Part shown: positions 25,549 to 35,536 of the stretch, piece by piece | Layout: every line of letters starts with the position of its first letter | Position numbering within the stretch: the stretch's first letter is position 1 | DNA from: a virus | Lineage: Duplodnaviria > Caudoviricetes | Strand: one strand, 5' to 3' | Virus record (IMG/VR): IMGVR_UViG_3300022407_003348 | Location: 1 to 37,962 of that record | Length of the DNA: 37,962 nucleotides | Notes under the pieces: generated by a model | Databases searched by the model: none | What the model saw: only the letters and a program-made list of their open reading frames with translations | What the model was told of the DNA's origin: nothing | Program-made: the position numbers and the translations under genes

Positions 25549-25576
25549 ACTCTAGCCTTTTCGGAGGTAGTGTAAA
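25549..25576 (-). promoter_or_regulatory. Leaderless promoter for the HNH gene
   Basis: TTTACA-N16-TAGAGT-N6-ATG. Confidence 0.6.
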
Positions 25577-26647
25577 GTGTCTAAACCGCGCCCGCCCGCA
25601 GCACCCGATCCTGTCCAGCTTGCGAACGCGCAGGGGGCTGCAAACACGGCTACTGCCCGTGAGCAGCAGAGGCTGAATCTCATCGGAACGTCTGGCCCGC
25701 AAGGCACGACGCGATATGTTGCCGACCCCACTCAACCAGGTGGCTACCGTCAAGAAACGACGCTTTCGCCCGGTGAGCAGCAGAACTACGACCGCTCCAC
25801 GTCTGTCTATGGTGGTGCGCTCGATACGGCTGGGCAGCAGATTGGCCGCGTGAACGATGCGCTTGGCCGTCCGCTGAACACCGAGGGCCTGCCGGAGTTG
25901 CAAGGCTTTGACGCGCCTAACTTTGACCGCCAACGGTTTGAGGATTCGGTTTATGCGAGCCGAACACGTCGCCTTGACCCGCAGTTCGACCGCATGGAAC
26001 GCAGTCAGGACGCGAGACTTGCCGCTCAGGGCCTTGGTGCAAACAGCGAGGCTACGCGAAATCTACGACAGGATTTTGCAAGAGATCGAACAGACGCCTA
26101 TTCCAACGCCGCCAATCAAGCCATTCAGGCCGGTGGTGATGAGCAATCTCGCGCGATTCAGCAAGCCATTGCGGGCGGGACATTCGGTAATCAGGCGCGG
26201 ACGCAGGGCCTGCAAGAGCGGGCTTACGTCCAGAATCAGCCGCTTCAGCAGCTTCAAGCTTTGTTGGGAACCGGCACTGTCGGAATGCCTCAAGGCATTC
26301 AGTACACGCCCTCCAGCGTAGGCCAGACGGACGTGCTGGGGGCTAATCAGATGAGCCTCAACCAGCAGAACCAGAACTATCAGGCGCGGGCGGCGCAACA
26401 GCAAGCCTTGATGAGCGGTCTGTTCCAACTTGGCGGCGCGGCGATTGGTGCCTCTGATCGGCGGCTGAAGCGCGACATCAAGCGCGTCGGCACGATGGCG
26501 AATGGCCTGCCGGTCTATGAGTATCGCTACGTTTGGGGCCGCAAGCGTCACGTCGGGGTGATGGCTCAGGACGTGCTGAAGGCTGGCATTGATGCGGTTG
26601 TCCGTCACTGGACGGGCTTCCTCATGGTCGATTACGGGAAGCTGTAA
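25577..26647 (+). CDS. Ejection/DNA-transfer protein with C-terminal peptidase S74-like chaperone domain
   Basis: Gln/Ala-rich helical body; SDRRLKRDI...GVMAQDV...VDY. Confidence 0.8.
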   Translation: MSKPRPPAAPDPVQLANAQGAANTATAREQQRLNLIGTSGPQGTTRYVADPTQPGGYRQETTLSPGEQQNYDRSTSVYGGALDTAGQQIGRVNDALGRPLNTEGLPELQGFDAPNFDRQRFEDSVYASRTRRLDPQFDRMERSQDARLAAQGLGANSEATRNLRQDFARDRTDAYSNAANQAIQAGGDEQSRAIQQAIAGGTFGNQARTQGLQERAYVQNQPLQQLQALLGTGTVGMPQGIQYTPSSVGQTDVLGANQMSLNQQNQNYQARAAQQQALMSGLFQLGGAAIGASDRRLKRDIKRVGTMANGLPVYEYRYVWGRKRHVGVMAQDVLKAGIDAVVRHWTGFLMVDYGKL

Positions 26648-26649
26648 AA

Positions 26650-28227
26650 ATGCCCGCTCGCCCCCCCATGCCTGCCCCTCAGTTGCTGGAAAGCCCTGCG
26701 GTTCGCCGTTCGGCAATGCTGGCCAAACTGCTGGAGGAACAACGCAAGCCGGTCGATATTCGAGGCGGCTACGGCGAGCTTGGCGCTCGTCTGCTTGCCC
26801 AAGGCATCACGCAATGGGGTGCGAACCGTGCTGAGAGGGAAGTAGGCCAAGAGCGTCAGCAACGCTTTGAGGGCCAGCTTACCGGCACCAACGCGATGTT
26901 GGCTGGCCTTCTTGCGAGGTCGGGTCGCGGCGAAGTGCCGGAGACTGAAATGCCCGCGCCCATGCCTGACCCGAGTGCAACCGCTCCGACTGCGACTGCT
27001 GCGCCGGTCAACCAAGTTATGGGGTCCAATCTGCCCGCCGCTGGCCAACCTATTCCGCCTGCCGATGTACCGCCCGCTGCGCCAGTCCCGATGGCTCCGG
27101 CCTTGACGCCTATGCCTATGCCGGAAGCCCCGCCTGTTGCTGCGCCCGCTCCGCAAATGGCCCCGCCGCCCGCGCCGCAAGCCGCGCCTAACGCGCTCGG
27201 CATTACGCCGGGCGAGCAAGCACGGCTTGAGCGCCTTGTCCGCGTCGCGCAAGAGACTGGCGACCCTGCTCTGCTGGCATATGTGCAAAGCGAGCTAGAC
27301 GGGATCGAGGCCCGTATGTCTGCGCCTAGCGCGGAGAGAAACCAAATCATCGACCGAAACGGCGTTAGCTACATGGTCGATCCGGCTGGCGTGGGTTCGC
27401 CGCGTCAAGTGTTTGAAGGCTCTGGCGTTCCGGCAGCGTCGCAAACCGACACGTTTTTGGCTGACGAAAACAACGAGTTTGGCGTGTCGCCGGGAACGCT
27501 TCTTCAGCGAAGCCCGAATGGCGTCATTAGCGTTGTCAACAAGCCGCCGGAGGGAATGTCGCGGATTGGCGGGCGTGTCGTCAACGAGCCGGGTTACGTT
27601 GACGCGACCTCCGAGCGGCAGCGCACGACGCAGAACATTGAAACCGAAAACAGGCGAGAACAAGAGCGGCCTCAGTTTGAGTCGCGCCTTGGCCGTATTG
27701 CTGAGACGACGACGACAATTCAGGAAGAGGTTGCCTACGCTCAACGCATCATTGCGGCTAACCCAGACGCGGTTGGCCTGATCGGCTCTGTGGCAGCTCG
27801 CATCCCCGGCACTCCGGCGCATGACCTTCAGAAAGCCCTTGAGTCCATCGGAGCAAATATCGGCTTTGAGTACCTTCAGGATATGCGCAACTCTAACCCG
27901 ACTGGTGGCGGGGTTGGTGCGCTGTCTGATAGCGAGCGCAACGCCCTTAGCTCTACGGCAGGTTCGCTCGCGCAAAGCCAATCGGCTGACCGTCTGAATA
28001 TGTCGCTGGGTCGCATTTCTCGGCTTACGCAAGCCGGTTCTGACCGTGCGCGTCAGATGTACGAGGCCACCTATCGTTCGCAGGCTCCTTCGCAAGAGGA
28101 GCCTCGTCCGCAGCCTCGCAACCCGCGCCCGGCATCGCCCGCTCCACGCGCTCCGGCTCCCGCTGCCCCGCGTCGGTCTAACGGCCAAACGCGCCGCTAT
28201 AACCCCAACACGGGCCGGCTTGAGTAG
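26650..28227 (+). CDS. Ejection/internal virion protein, Pro/Ala-rich
   Basis: Synteny; GGGVGALSDSE motif. Confidence 0.7.
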   Translation: MPARPPMPAPQLLESPAVRRSAMLAKLLEEQRKPVDIRGGYGELGARLLAQGITQWGANRAEREVGQERQQRFEGQLTGTNAMLAGLLARSGRGEVPETEMPAPMPDPSATAPTATAAPVNQVMGSNLPAAGQPIPPADVPPAAPVPMAPALTPMPMPEAPPVAAPAPQMAPPPAPQAAPNALGITPGEQARLERLVRVAQETGDPALLAYVQSELDGIEARMSAPSAERNQIIDRNGVSYMVDPAGVGSPRQVFEGSGVPAASQTDTFLADENNEFGVSPGTLLQRSPNGVISVVNKPPEGMSRIGGRVVNEPGYVDATSERQRTTQNIETENRREQERPQFESRLGRIAETTTTIQEEVAYAQRIIAANPDAVGLIGSVAARIPGTPAHDLQKALESIGANIGFEYLQDMRNSNPTGGGVGALSDSERNALSSTAGSLAQSQSADRLNMSLGRISRLTQAGSDRARQMYEATYRSQAPSQEEPRPQPRNPRPASPAPRAPAPAAPRRSNGQTRRYNPNTGRLE

Positions 28228-30453
28228 ATGGAACCAGACATCGAAATCGTTGCCCCTGACGGCACCGTAATCAAGTTTCCTGCCGGGACGCCTGACGAAG
28301 AAATCGTGCGCGTCATGCAGGAGAACTTCGGCGGTCCCGAGGATGCGGAGTATTACTCCGAACCTGGGATGACCGAGGACAACCCGATTGACCTGACGAC
28401 CATCGACCGCTCTACGCCGGAAGGTCAGGCGTTGGTGGCCAGCCTGACGCGCGGGACATGGGTGAAGGGCGCGGACGGCACTGTCTATGCGCTTCCGCAA
28501 GATGCTCGCGAGGGCGTGGTGACGGTTGGCGATGAGCCGCTTTCGCCCGGCCTTGTGCAGCGTCCGTTCTCCGCTGTCGAGGACGTGGCCAAGTCGTTTC
28601 CGACCGGCGTTGTGGAGGGAATTACGGGCCTCGCGGGGATGCAAGGCACGATTGCTCAGATGGCCGGTGGTCAGCCCGGTCAGTATATGCCCGGCTTTGG
28701 CATCGTCGGACCTACTGGCGAGCAACTGAATGAAGGCGTCCGCGACATGATCGGACGCGACTATTACCAGCCGCAAGGCATGGCTGGCGAATACTCCCGC
28801 ACGGCTGGTGAGTTCCTGCCGGGTATCGTCGCACCGGGCGGAACGGGTGCCAAGCTTGCCTCATGGCTTGTCCCTGCTGCTACGAGCGAGACGGCAGGCC
28901 AGATTGCACGGAGCATGAGCGGCGGTCAGCGCGACACGGCTGCGGAAGGTTACGCCCGCATGGGCGGCGGTCTGGTTGGCGGCTTGGGTGTCGGAGCGAC
29001 TAACGCCTTGCGTGGCGGTGGAGACGTTGCGCTTCGTGGCGCGGCTGAAGGCGTCACGCCTCAGCAGTTGCAGATGGCTGCGGCCCTTCGCCAGCGTGGC
29101 GGATTGCTTGGCGTTGACCTGACGAACGCGGAAGCCGTGCAGCAGGCCACGCGCGGCGGCACCGGCCTTGGCCGTTTGCAGCGTGTTGTGGAAGGCCAGA
29201 CAAACCGCATGGCCCCGTTTTTCGCGCAACGCCCTGCACAGGTTGAGCGAGCTATCGGTGGCGAACTGGACCGCATCGGCCCTAGCGTAGAACCGTCTGC
29301 GCTCGCGGGACAAACCCAAGAGGCTGCGGGGGGCGTTCTTAATCGGATGCGCCAGCGCGTCAACGCAAATGCTGACCCGTTTTATGAGGCGCTGCCGGGG
29401 CAAACTGTGGATGAGGGCGCGATGGCCTTTCTCAACAGTGACCCGACATATCAAGCGGCGTCACGGCAGCTTATGGGCCAGCCGGAACTTGCGGCGCTTG
29501 TGGCTGCCCCGCCAAATGACATTTCGACGATCAATCGCGTAATCCAGCAAATGGATGAGCTTGAGGAAGCGGCAACGCCTGCGATTGGCAACACGCAAGC
29601 TAACCGGACGCTATCTTCTCAACGCGGATCGTCGGCTGAGATTGCAAAAGAGATAGCCGCTCAAGCGTCGCCTGATTACCGCACGGCCCTTCAAACGGGG
29701 GCAACTGGAAGGGCGGCGTTTGTCGACCCGCTAGCGCGCGGACCTATTGGCACGATTGCTGGTCAATCCGATGTGCGGCCTAATCTGGTGGCGCAAACGG
29801 ACGCCTTGTTTCCCGCACAGCCGTTTGAAGGCCAAGCGGCGGAAACCGCTCGCGCTCTTGAGTTGATGGGCGAGATTGACCCTAGCGTGGGTGGCCCGCT
29901 TGTTCGTCAGCATCTGGCCCGCCAAGCGATGGAAGCACAACAACTGCTTGCCACGGGTGACAACCAGTTTGGCGGCGCTAACTTTGCTGCCCGCGCGTTC
30001 GGCAATCCGGAACAGCGCCGCACCGTCATGGGCGCGCTGGACGTTGTGAATCGCCCTGACCCTAACATGGCGTTCCCTCCGCTTAATGCCAACGCGCCGG
30101 GCGCTCGCGGTTCGGACCCAATGGCCAACCTGGTTGAGGTTCTGCAAGCGACTGGACAACGGGCGCGGGCCGGGTCGGAGACAGCGTTTAATCAGGAGTT
30201 TCAGCAGCAGCTTCGTGGCGGCAACGTCGGAAGCAATGTGGTGCGCGGCGGCATGAACATCCCCGGCATCCCCGGCCAACTCGCCAAAGGCTTTGACGAC
30301 ATGATTGCCCGCCGCAACGCCGAAACGCTTGCGGACCTTCTCATGGCCAACTCCGACGAGTTTAGCGCCCGGCTGACCCGCGCAATCAATCGCCCGCGTG
30401 GCGCTAACCGCATCCGTGCGGGCGTCACCCTTAGTGCAGGACAGGAAGACTAA
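28228..30453 (+). CDS. Large ejection/internal virion protein
   Basis: Ala/Gly-rich helical, 741 aa; synteny. Confidence 0.7.
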   Translation: MEPDIEIVAPDGTVIKFPAGTPDEEIVRVMQENFGGPEDAEYYSEPGMTEDNPIDLTTIDRSTPEGQALVASLTRGTWVKGADGTVYALPQDAREGVVTVGDEPLSPGLVQRPFSAVEDVAKSFPTGVVEGITGLAGMQGTIAQMAGGQPGQYMPGFGIVGPTGEQLNEGVRDMIGRDYYQPQGMAGEYSRTAGEFLPGIVAPGGTGAKLASWLVPAATSETAGQIARSMSGGQRDTAAEGYARMGGGLVGGLGVGATNALRGGGDVALRGAAEGVTPQQLQMAAALRQRGGLLGVDLTNAEAVQQATRGGTGLGRLQRVVEGQTNRMAPFFAQRPAQVERAIGGELDRIGPSVEPSALAGQTQEAAGGVLNRMRQRVNANADPFYEALPGQTVDEGAMAFLNSDPTYQAASRQLMGQPELAALVAAPPNDISTINRVIQQMDELEEAATPAIGNTQANRTLSSQRGSSAEIAKEIAAQASPDYRTALQTGATGRAAFVDPLARGPIGTIAGQSDVRPNLVAQTDALFPAQPFEGQAAETARALELMGEIDPSVGGPLVRQHLARQAMEAQQLLATGDNQFGGANFAARAFGNPEQRRTVMGALDVVNRPDPNMAFPPLNANAPGARGSDPMANLVEVLQATGQRARAGSETAFNQEFQQQLRGGNVGSNVVRGGMNIPGIPGQLAKGFDDMIARRNAETLADLLMANSDEFSARLTRAINRPRGANRIRAGVTLSAGQED

Positions 30454-30454
30454 A

Positions 30455-31609
30455 TTGCGCAACGGCTCTGGGAATTACACGGCTCCGGCCAGCACTTGGA
30501 ACCCCGCTATTCCGGGTCAGACGATCCTGTCTGACGACTGGAACGCGCTGCTGTCGGACCTTTCGACGGCTATTACGCAGTCCATTGCATCGGATGGCCA
30601 GACCACCACGACGCTTGCCATCCCGTTTGCCCAAGGTGTGCGGGTTAGCAGCGGCTCGCTTGGAACGCCGTCCATCGGGGTGATTGGTGACACTGACACC
30701 GGCATCTATTTCCCCTCGGCTAACACCGGCGCTCTGGTGGGCGGTGGTGTGGTCGCAGCGACGTGGAACGCATCGGGCCTGAGCATTGTCGGCACTCAGA
30801 CGCTTACCGGCTTGACCGTCACGGGCAACACGTCGCTTGGCGATGCTATCGGCGACACGCTCACGGTGACGGCAACCAGCACGTTTGCAAGCCCCGCGAC
30901 GTTCAATGACCCCGCGACGTTCACGGATACGGTCACGGTGCCGGACGCGTCGTTCACCAACGCCAAGCTGGCCAACATGGCTACGCTGACCATCAAGGGC
31001 AGGGTCACGGCAGGCACGGGCGTTCCGGAAGACCTGACCGCTACGCAGGCCACAACCATCCTCAATGCGGTTGTGGGCGATAGCGGAACGGGCGGAACAA
31101 AGGGCCTGGTCCCAGCTCCGGCTGCTGGCGATGCGGCTGCGGCCAAGTTCCTTAGCGCGGCGGGAACGTGGGCTGCTGCGGTTCCTGTCGGCTCGATCAC
31201 CATGCACGGCGCTAACACCGCTCCGACCGGCTGGCTGGAGTGTGACGGCGCTGCGGTGTCTCGCACGACGTATGCCGCGCTGTTTACGGCTATCGGCACA
31301 GTGTTTGGGACTGGCGACGGGTCCACGACCTTTAACGTGCCGGATATGCGCGGCGAGTTTGCGCGGGGTTGGGATGACGGACGAGGCATTGACCCTGCCC
31401 GTGCGTTCGGTTCGGCGCAGGCTGATGAGTTTGAGGCTCACGTTCACTCGGTGTCGCCTCCGGTCGCTTCTAGCGAGGGCGGCCAAGGTGCGACGACGAC
31501 CGGAGCGTCGGGTGGCGGCGAAACCATCACGGCTTATGACACGGCCTCGACCGGAGGCACCGAAACCCGTCCGCGCAACATTGCGCTGCTGTACATCATC
31601 AAGTTCTAG
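30455..31609 (+). CDS. Tail fibre with tail-collar domain
   Basis: TTG start (M)RNGSGNY; PTGWLECDGAAVSRTTYAALF...FNVPDMRGEF...ETRPRNIAL.YIIK. Confidence 0.88.
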   Translation: MRNGSGNYTAPASTWNPAIPGQTILSDDWNALLSDLSTAITQSIASDGQTTTTLAIPFAQGVRVSSGSLGTPSIGVIGDTDTGIYFPSANTGALVGGGVVAATWNASGLSIVGTQTLTGLTVTGNTSLGDAIGDTLTVTATSTFASPATFNDPATFTDTVTVPDASFTNAKLANMATLTIKGRVTAGTGVPEDLTATQATTILNAVVGDSGTGGTKGLVPAPAAGDAAAAKFLSAAGTWAAAVPVGSITMHGANTAPTGWLECDGAAVSRTTYAALFTAIGTVFGTGDGSTTFNVPDMRGEFARGWDDGRGIDPARAFGSAQADEFEAHVHSVSPPVASSEGGQGATTTGASGGGETITAYDTASTGGTETRPRNIALLYIIKF

Positions 31610-31617
31610 GGCAAGCC

Positions 31618-33468
31618 ATGACGACGCCTCCGCGCAAGACTTATCAGGAACTTGGAACGCAAAGCACGTTCGTTGGCACCGACCTGGTTGCAGCGGCGCG
31701 CGGCACCGAGGCGCTCAAGACCGTAACGGGCGCGGTTCTGGCGACCTACATTGAAAGCGCGCTCGATCTTGGCACGATGGCCGATCAGGACGCTAACGCT
31801 GTCGCCATTACGGGCGGCTCCGCTACCGGCCTGACGGCTGTTACCATTACGACCAACTCCACGGTTGGCCTTGCTCCGCTGCGAGTTGGAACGCAGGGCG
31901 ATACGGCTACTGATTCCGGCATCGTCATCTCGCGCAACATGAACGATGCGGGCGTTGATAACGGTCACGGTTTCGTTGAGCGGAGCCTTTACCGTCGTCC
32001 GGGCGGATTGGCTTTTGCCGCCTTCGATGCGTGGACTTCAATGCAAGGCGAGTCGTTTGACCACTGGGCTGGGTTCCAAGACCGGCCTGCCTATCAGGCG
32101 GGTTCTGGCGCTCAAACGATGGCCGATATGTACGGCTTCTTTACAAAGCCGTCGATTGACACTGGCACCGTCGTTGATCGTTTCGGGGCCTACGTTGCGG
32201 CGCCTACGTTGGAGAATGGCGGGGCCATAACCAACCAGTACGCCTTCTATTCGGAAGCCCTGACCACGGGCACGAACAACTGGCTGATCTACACGCCGGG
32301 GACCATGACTTCCCAACTCGGGAACAAGGTCATTGTCGGTCAATACGGCACGTCCTCGACTGAGCCGGGAGTGGTGGTCTCGCGGAACCTGAACGACGCC
32401 AGCACGGTCAGCGGTCATGGCTTCGTGGAGGCCACCTACTTCCGTCGTGGTGGGTCTTCGGCCTTCGCGGCCTTCGACGCCTACACGACGATGGCTGGCA
32501 ACGCCTATGACCACTGGGCGGGGTTCCAAGATCGACCGTCGTTCCAAGCCTCCGTGGCTGGCCAGACGATGACGAACATGTACGGGTATTTCACCCTCCC
32601 GACGATTGACACGGGAACGGTGACGAACCGCTACGGGGCCTATGTCGATGCGCCGCTGCTGCAAAACGGCGCGGTGGTTACGAACCAGTATGGGTATTAC
32701 ACAGTTGCCCTGACTGGCGCGACGAACAATTGGGCGTTCTATTCGGATGGCGCTACCCCCTCGCGGTTCGGTGGGCCGGTTACCCTTGCTGGCGGGGCCA
32801 ACGCCGTGCCGCTGACTGCTTCGGGCTATTCCCTGACCGGCTCCAACGCCTCGGCAGGCATTAGCCTGACCGGAACGTGGAACACGTCGGGCGCTCCTGC
32901 TGCGTTGAGCATCGCCATCACCAACACGGCGTCCGCTGCAACGTCGCGGATTATCAAGACGACGGTCGGCGGCTCTGACGTGTTCACCGTTAGCCCTGCT
33001 GGCGCGGCGTACTTCGCCAGCAAAGTCAGCATCGGCACGACGGGCACGAACGCTCAGGTCAACATCGAGGCCGCGCCTAGCGACACTCACGGCCTGCTGC
33101 GTCTGCAATCGGCCAGCACGGCGGACAACGTCGGCATCACGCTGTGGGCCAGAGCCTCCGGCGCTGCGGCCAACGCTCGGACGTGGCAAATCGCTAGCAA
33201 CTATGCTGGCACAGGCAACCTCGACTTTCTCCGCAGCACGACCAGCACCGGCAACCCGACCGTTGCAACGGCCTCGTTTACCCGAGACGGCAGTTTCGGC
33301 CTCGGCACGGCTAGCCAGTTTGGCTCAGGCACTTTGGTGATCGGCATCGCCAACGCAACCGTTGTTCCTAGCGCCAACCCTACGGGCGGGGGCGTTCTCT
33401 ACGTTGAGGCTGGTGCGTTGAAATATCGGGGCAGTTCCGGCACCGTCACGACGTTGGCGTTGGCCTAA
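31618..33468 (+). CDS. Second tail fibre/spike (receptor-binding) with internal 150-aa duplication
   Basis: LGTMADQDANAVAITGG motif; Gly/Thr-rich; GALKYRGSSGTVT C-terminus. Confidence 0.8.
   Translation: MTTPPRKTYQELGTQSTFVGTDLVAAARGTEALKTVTGAVLATYIESALDLGTMADQDANAVAITGGSATGLTAVTITTNSTVGLAPLRVGTQGDTATDSGIVISRNMNDAGVDNGHGFVERSLYRRPGGLAFAAFDAWTSMQGESFDHWAGFQDRPAYQAGSGAQTMADMYGFFTKPSIDTGTVVDRFGAYVAAPTLENGGAITNQYAFYSEALTTGTNNWLIYTPGTMTSQLGNKVIVGQYGTSSTEPGVVVSRNLNDASTVSGHGFVEATYFRRGGSSAFAAFDAYTTMAGNAYDHWAGFQDRPSFQASVAGQTMTNMYGYFTLPTIDTGTVTNRYGAYVDAPLLQNGAVVTNQYGYYTVALTGATNNWAFYSDGATPSRFGGPVTLAGGANAVPLTASGYSLTGSNASAGISLTGTWNTSGAPAALSIAITNTASAATSRIIKTTVGGSDVFTVSPAGAAYFASKVSIGTTGTNAQVNIEAAPSDTHGLLRLQSASTADNVGITLWARASGAAANARTWQIASNYAGTGNLDFLRSTTSTGNPTVATASFTRDGSFGLGTASQFGSGTLVIGIANATVVPSANPTGGGVLYVEAGALKYRGSSGTVTTLALA
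31885..32784 (+). repeat. Two diverged tandem 450-nt units
   Basis: GHGFVE, AFAAFDA, DHWAGFQDRP, IDTGTV, TNQY, TNNW each recur 150 aa apart (32059 vs 32509). Confidence 0.92.
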
Positions 33469-33507
33469 AATCACCATACCATCACAGACCAGATTGGAGA
33501 CTGACCT

Positions 33508-33747
33508 ATGACCGCTCAAGAGCATATCGACGCCATCGGGCGCGCGCTTATGAAGTCCGAGGAAGCCGTCAAGGCGATGCGTAAGGCCCTAAAGCTGGTT
33601 GAAGAGCATCACGCCATCCTTCATGCTCGGCTGGACAAGGCGCAGAAAGCCTATGCGGCATCGCGTGACGGCGACAACATCGTCGCTTTCAGTGGCGGCA
33701 CCGACAAGCCCCCGGTCGACGACCCGGATGGGCCGATCAAGCCATGA
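33508..33747 (+). CDS. Hypothetical coiled-coil protein
   Basis: SD GGAG. Confidence 0.65.
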   Translation: MTAQEHIDAIGRALMKSEEAVKAMRKALKLVEEHHAILHARLDKAQKAYAASRDGDNIVAFSGGTDKPPVDDPDGPIKP

Positions 33748-34277
33748 CGGCGTGGCAAGAACTCGTCAGCCTTCTATCGGCTGTTCCGCTTTCTGTTTGG
33801 TACGCAGGGGCGACGTTTGCTGTATTTGGGGTCTGTTTCCTGGCTTACAGGTCGGAGCCTGCAAAATACGCAGACCTGATGGGTGTCAGCGCCCTGCTGG
33901 CCGTCGTGTTTGTCATCAATAACCTGTTGGTGATGCTATACGGCTTCCCAGAGGCCATTCTGGCCGCGCCAGTGCTGGACTTTTTTTTGGCCGGGATGAT
34001 CTATCGGGCGTGGCTGAAAAATCGCGAGCCGTGGAAAGTCGTGGTAGTGGGGAGCCTTGTCGCGCAACTTATGCTACATGTCGTCGTGATTTCCATGTGG
34101 AAGCTGGACACGCTGACGCAGCATGCGCTGTATCTGTATGTCGTGGCTGTCAACGCGTTTTTCATCGTTCAACTCTTGGCCCTTGGGTGTGTCGGGGTGG
34201 GTCATGGTCTGGATCGGCTTCGCACTTATCTGTCTGGCCGCCGGGGTGATGATCTTGTGCCGGATGCTCTCCAATGA
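33744..34277 (+). CDS. Multi-pass membrane protein
   Basis: About five hydrophobic segments. Confidence 0.75.
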   Translation: MTAWQELVSLLSAVPLSVWYAGATFAVFGVCFLAYRSEPAKYADLMGVSALLAVVFVINNLLVMLYGFPEAILAAPVLDFFLAGMIYRAWLKNREPWKVVVVGSLVAQLMLHVVVISMWKLDTLTQHALYLYVVAVNAFFIVQLLALGCVGVGHGLDRLRTYLSGRRGDDLVPDALQ

Positions 34278-34462
34278 GCGCCCCGACGCTGGACGTCCTT
34301 GCAAACGAGCTAAAGCACCTGACTGACCGTGCCGACAAGCTGGAGGAGCGGCTGGAGGCGGTGATGAAGGTCCAACGTTGGCAGATGGGCATGGCTGTCG
34401 GAGCCGGAGCGGTCCTAACGCTGCTGTTGCCGAAGATTTCTGCCGCCTTGGGGCTGACGTGA
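34274..34462 (+). CDS. Coiled-coil + single-TM protein (holin/antiholin candidate)
   Basis: Composition and position in lysis cassette. Confidence 0.6.
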   Translation: MSAPTLDVLANELKHLTDRADKLEERLEAVMKVQRWQMGMAVGAGAVLTLLLPKISAALGLT

Positions 34463-34761
34463 CCGACACGCCGATCAACGCGCGAGAGGTGCCTCCGGTT
34501 CACACATCGGAGCGCGTCAAAGCGTTCATCGGCGACCTCGCTCGCCCGTTCGCTATCATTGCCACGTCCTACGCAGCCGCCCACGCTACCATCGTCATCT
34601 CGTCCAAGGTTGAGAATGGCAACGACGGGGCTATCTTCGCGGGGGCCTACTTCCTCGGGGTGGCTACGCTCTATGGGGCCAAGGCCGTTGAGGCTATCAA
34701 TACCGCCCGCGCTCGCCGTGACGTGGATGTGGCGCAAGTGAACGCAGGAACGACGCAATGA
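34459..34761 (+). CDS. Holin candidate (2 TM)
   Basis: GTGA coupling; directly before endolysin. Confidence 0.6.
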   Translation: MTDTPINAREVPPVHTSERVKAFIGDLARPFAIIATSYAAAHATIVISSKVENGNDGAIFAGAYFLGVATLYGAKAVEAINTARARRDVDVAQVNAGTTQ

Positions 34762-35183
34762 CATACGCGCTAGGCCCAAAATCCCGCGAACGCCTGATCG
34801 GGGTGCATCCGAAGCTAGTTGCCGTCGTGGAGATGGCAATTCAGCTAACCAAGCAAGACTTCATGGTTCTGGAGGGCGTCCGCTCTCCAGCGCGGCAGGC
34901 GGAACTTTACGCGCAAGGCCGGACCAAACCAGGTCCAAAGGTGACGTGGACGCTCAAATCCAATCACTTCGTCAACCCGACAACCGGCTTTGGCCATGCG
35001 GTCGATTTGGTTCCGTACCCCGTGGACTGGTCGCACAAGAAGCTGGACGTGGTTGCCAAGGCCATGTTTGCCGCTGCTGACACGCTGGATACCCCTATCC
35101 GCTGGGGTGCTGACTGGGACCGTGACGGCAAGCCCCGCGAAAAGGGCGAGAGCGATAGCCCGCATTTCGAGCTTGTGCTGTGA
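34758..35183 (+). CDS. Endolysin, M15-family peptidase
   Basis: EGVRSPARQAELYAQGRT, SNH...GHAVD, WGADW, DSPHFE. Confidence 0.92.
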   Translation: MTYALGPKSRERLIGVHPKLVAVVEMAIQLTKQDFMVLEGVRSPARQAELYAQGRTKPGPKVTWTLKSNHFVNPTTGFGHAVDLVPYPVDWSHKKLDVVAKAMFAAADTLDTPIRWGADWDRDGKPREKGESDSPHFELVL

Positions 35184-35536
35184 TGCTGGGCCTCGACAAG
35201 CTCTCAACCCGCTTCGTCCAGATTGGCGCTGTCGTTGTCGTGCTGTGTTTTGTGCTGGCCGTGCTGACTATGTGCCAAGCCCGAAAAGAAGCCGCTACAG
35301 CCAATGCGAAGGCCCGAGAGGCTACCGGACAAGCAAGCGCCGGTTCTGCCGCTGTACGGGCCACTGAGGGGCGTTACGAGCGGGATGCGGCTACGGATGC
35401 ACAGACGCAGGCCAATGCGGACTTTATTGAGGGAGCGGACAATGCGGAACAAGACGCTGGCGAGGCTGGCCGTAGGGGCTGGGTTGCTTACTGTCGCCGG
35501 GTGCGGAACGACCATCCAAAGTGCGCTGGACTGTAG
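35183..35536 (+). CDS. Inner-membrane spanin (Rz-like)
   Basis: N-terminal TM then Ala-rich helix; follows endolysin. Confidence 0.75.
   Translation: MLGLDKLSTRFVQIGAVVVVLCFVLAVLTMCQARKEAATANAKAREATGQASAGSAAVRATEGRYERDAATDAQTQANADFIEGADNAEQDAGEAGRRGWVAYCRRVRNDHPKCAGL

Noticed and set aside
31885-32784. Diversity-generating retroelement TR/VR pair
   Set aside because: No reverse transcriptase in the genome; differences are not adenine-specific; both units are coding
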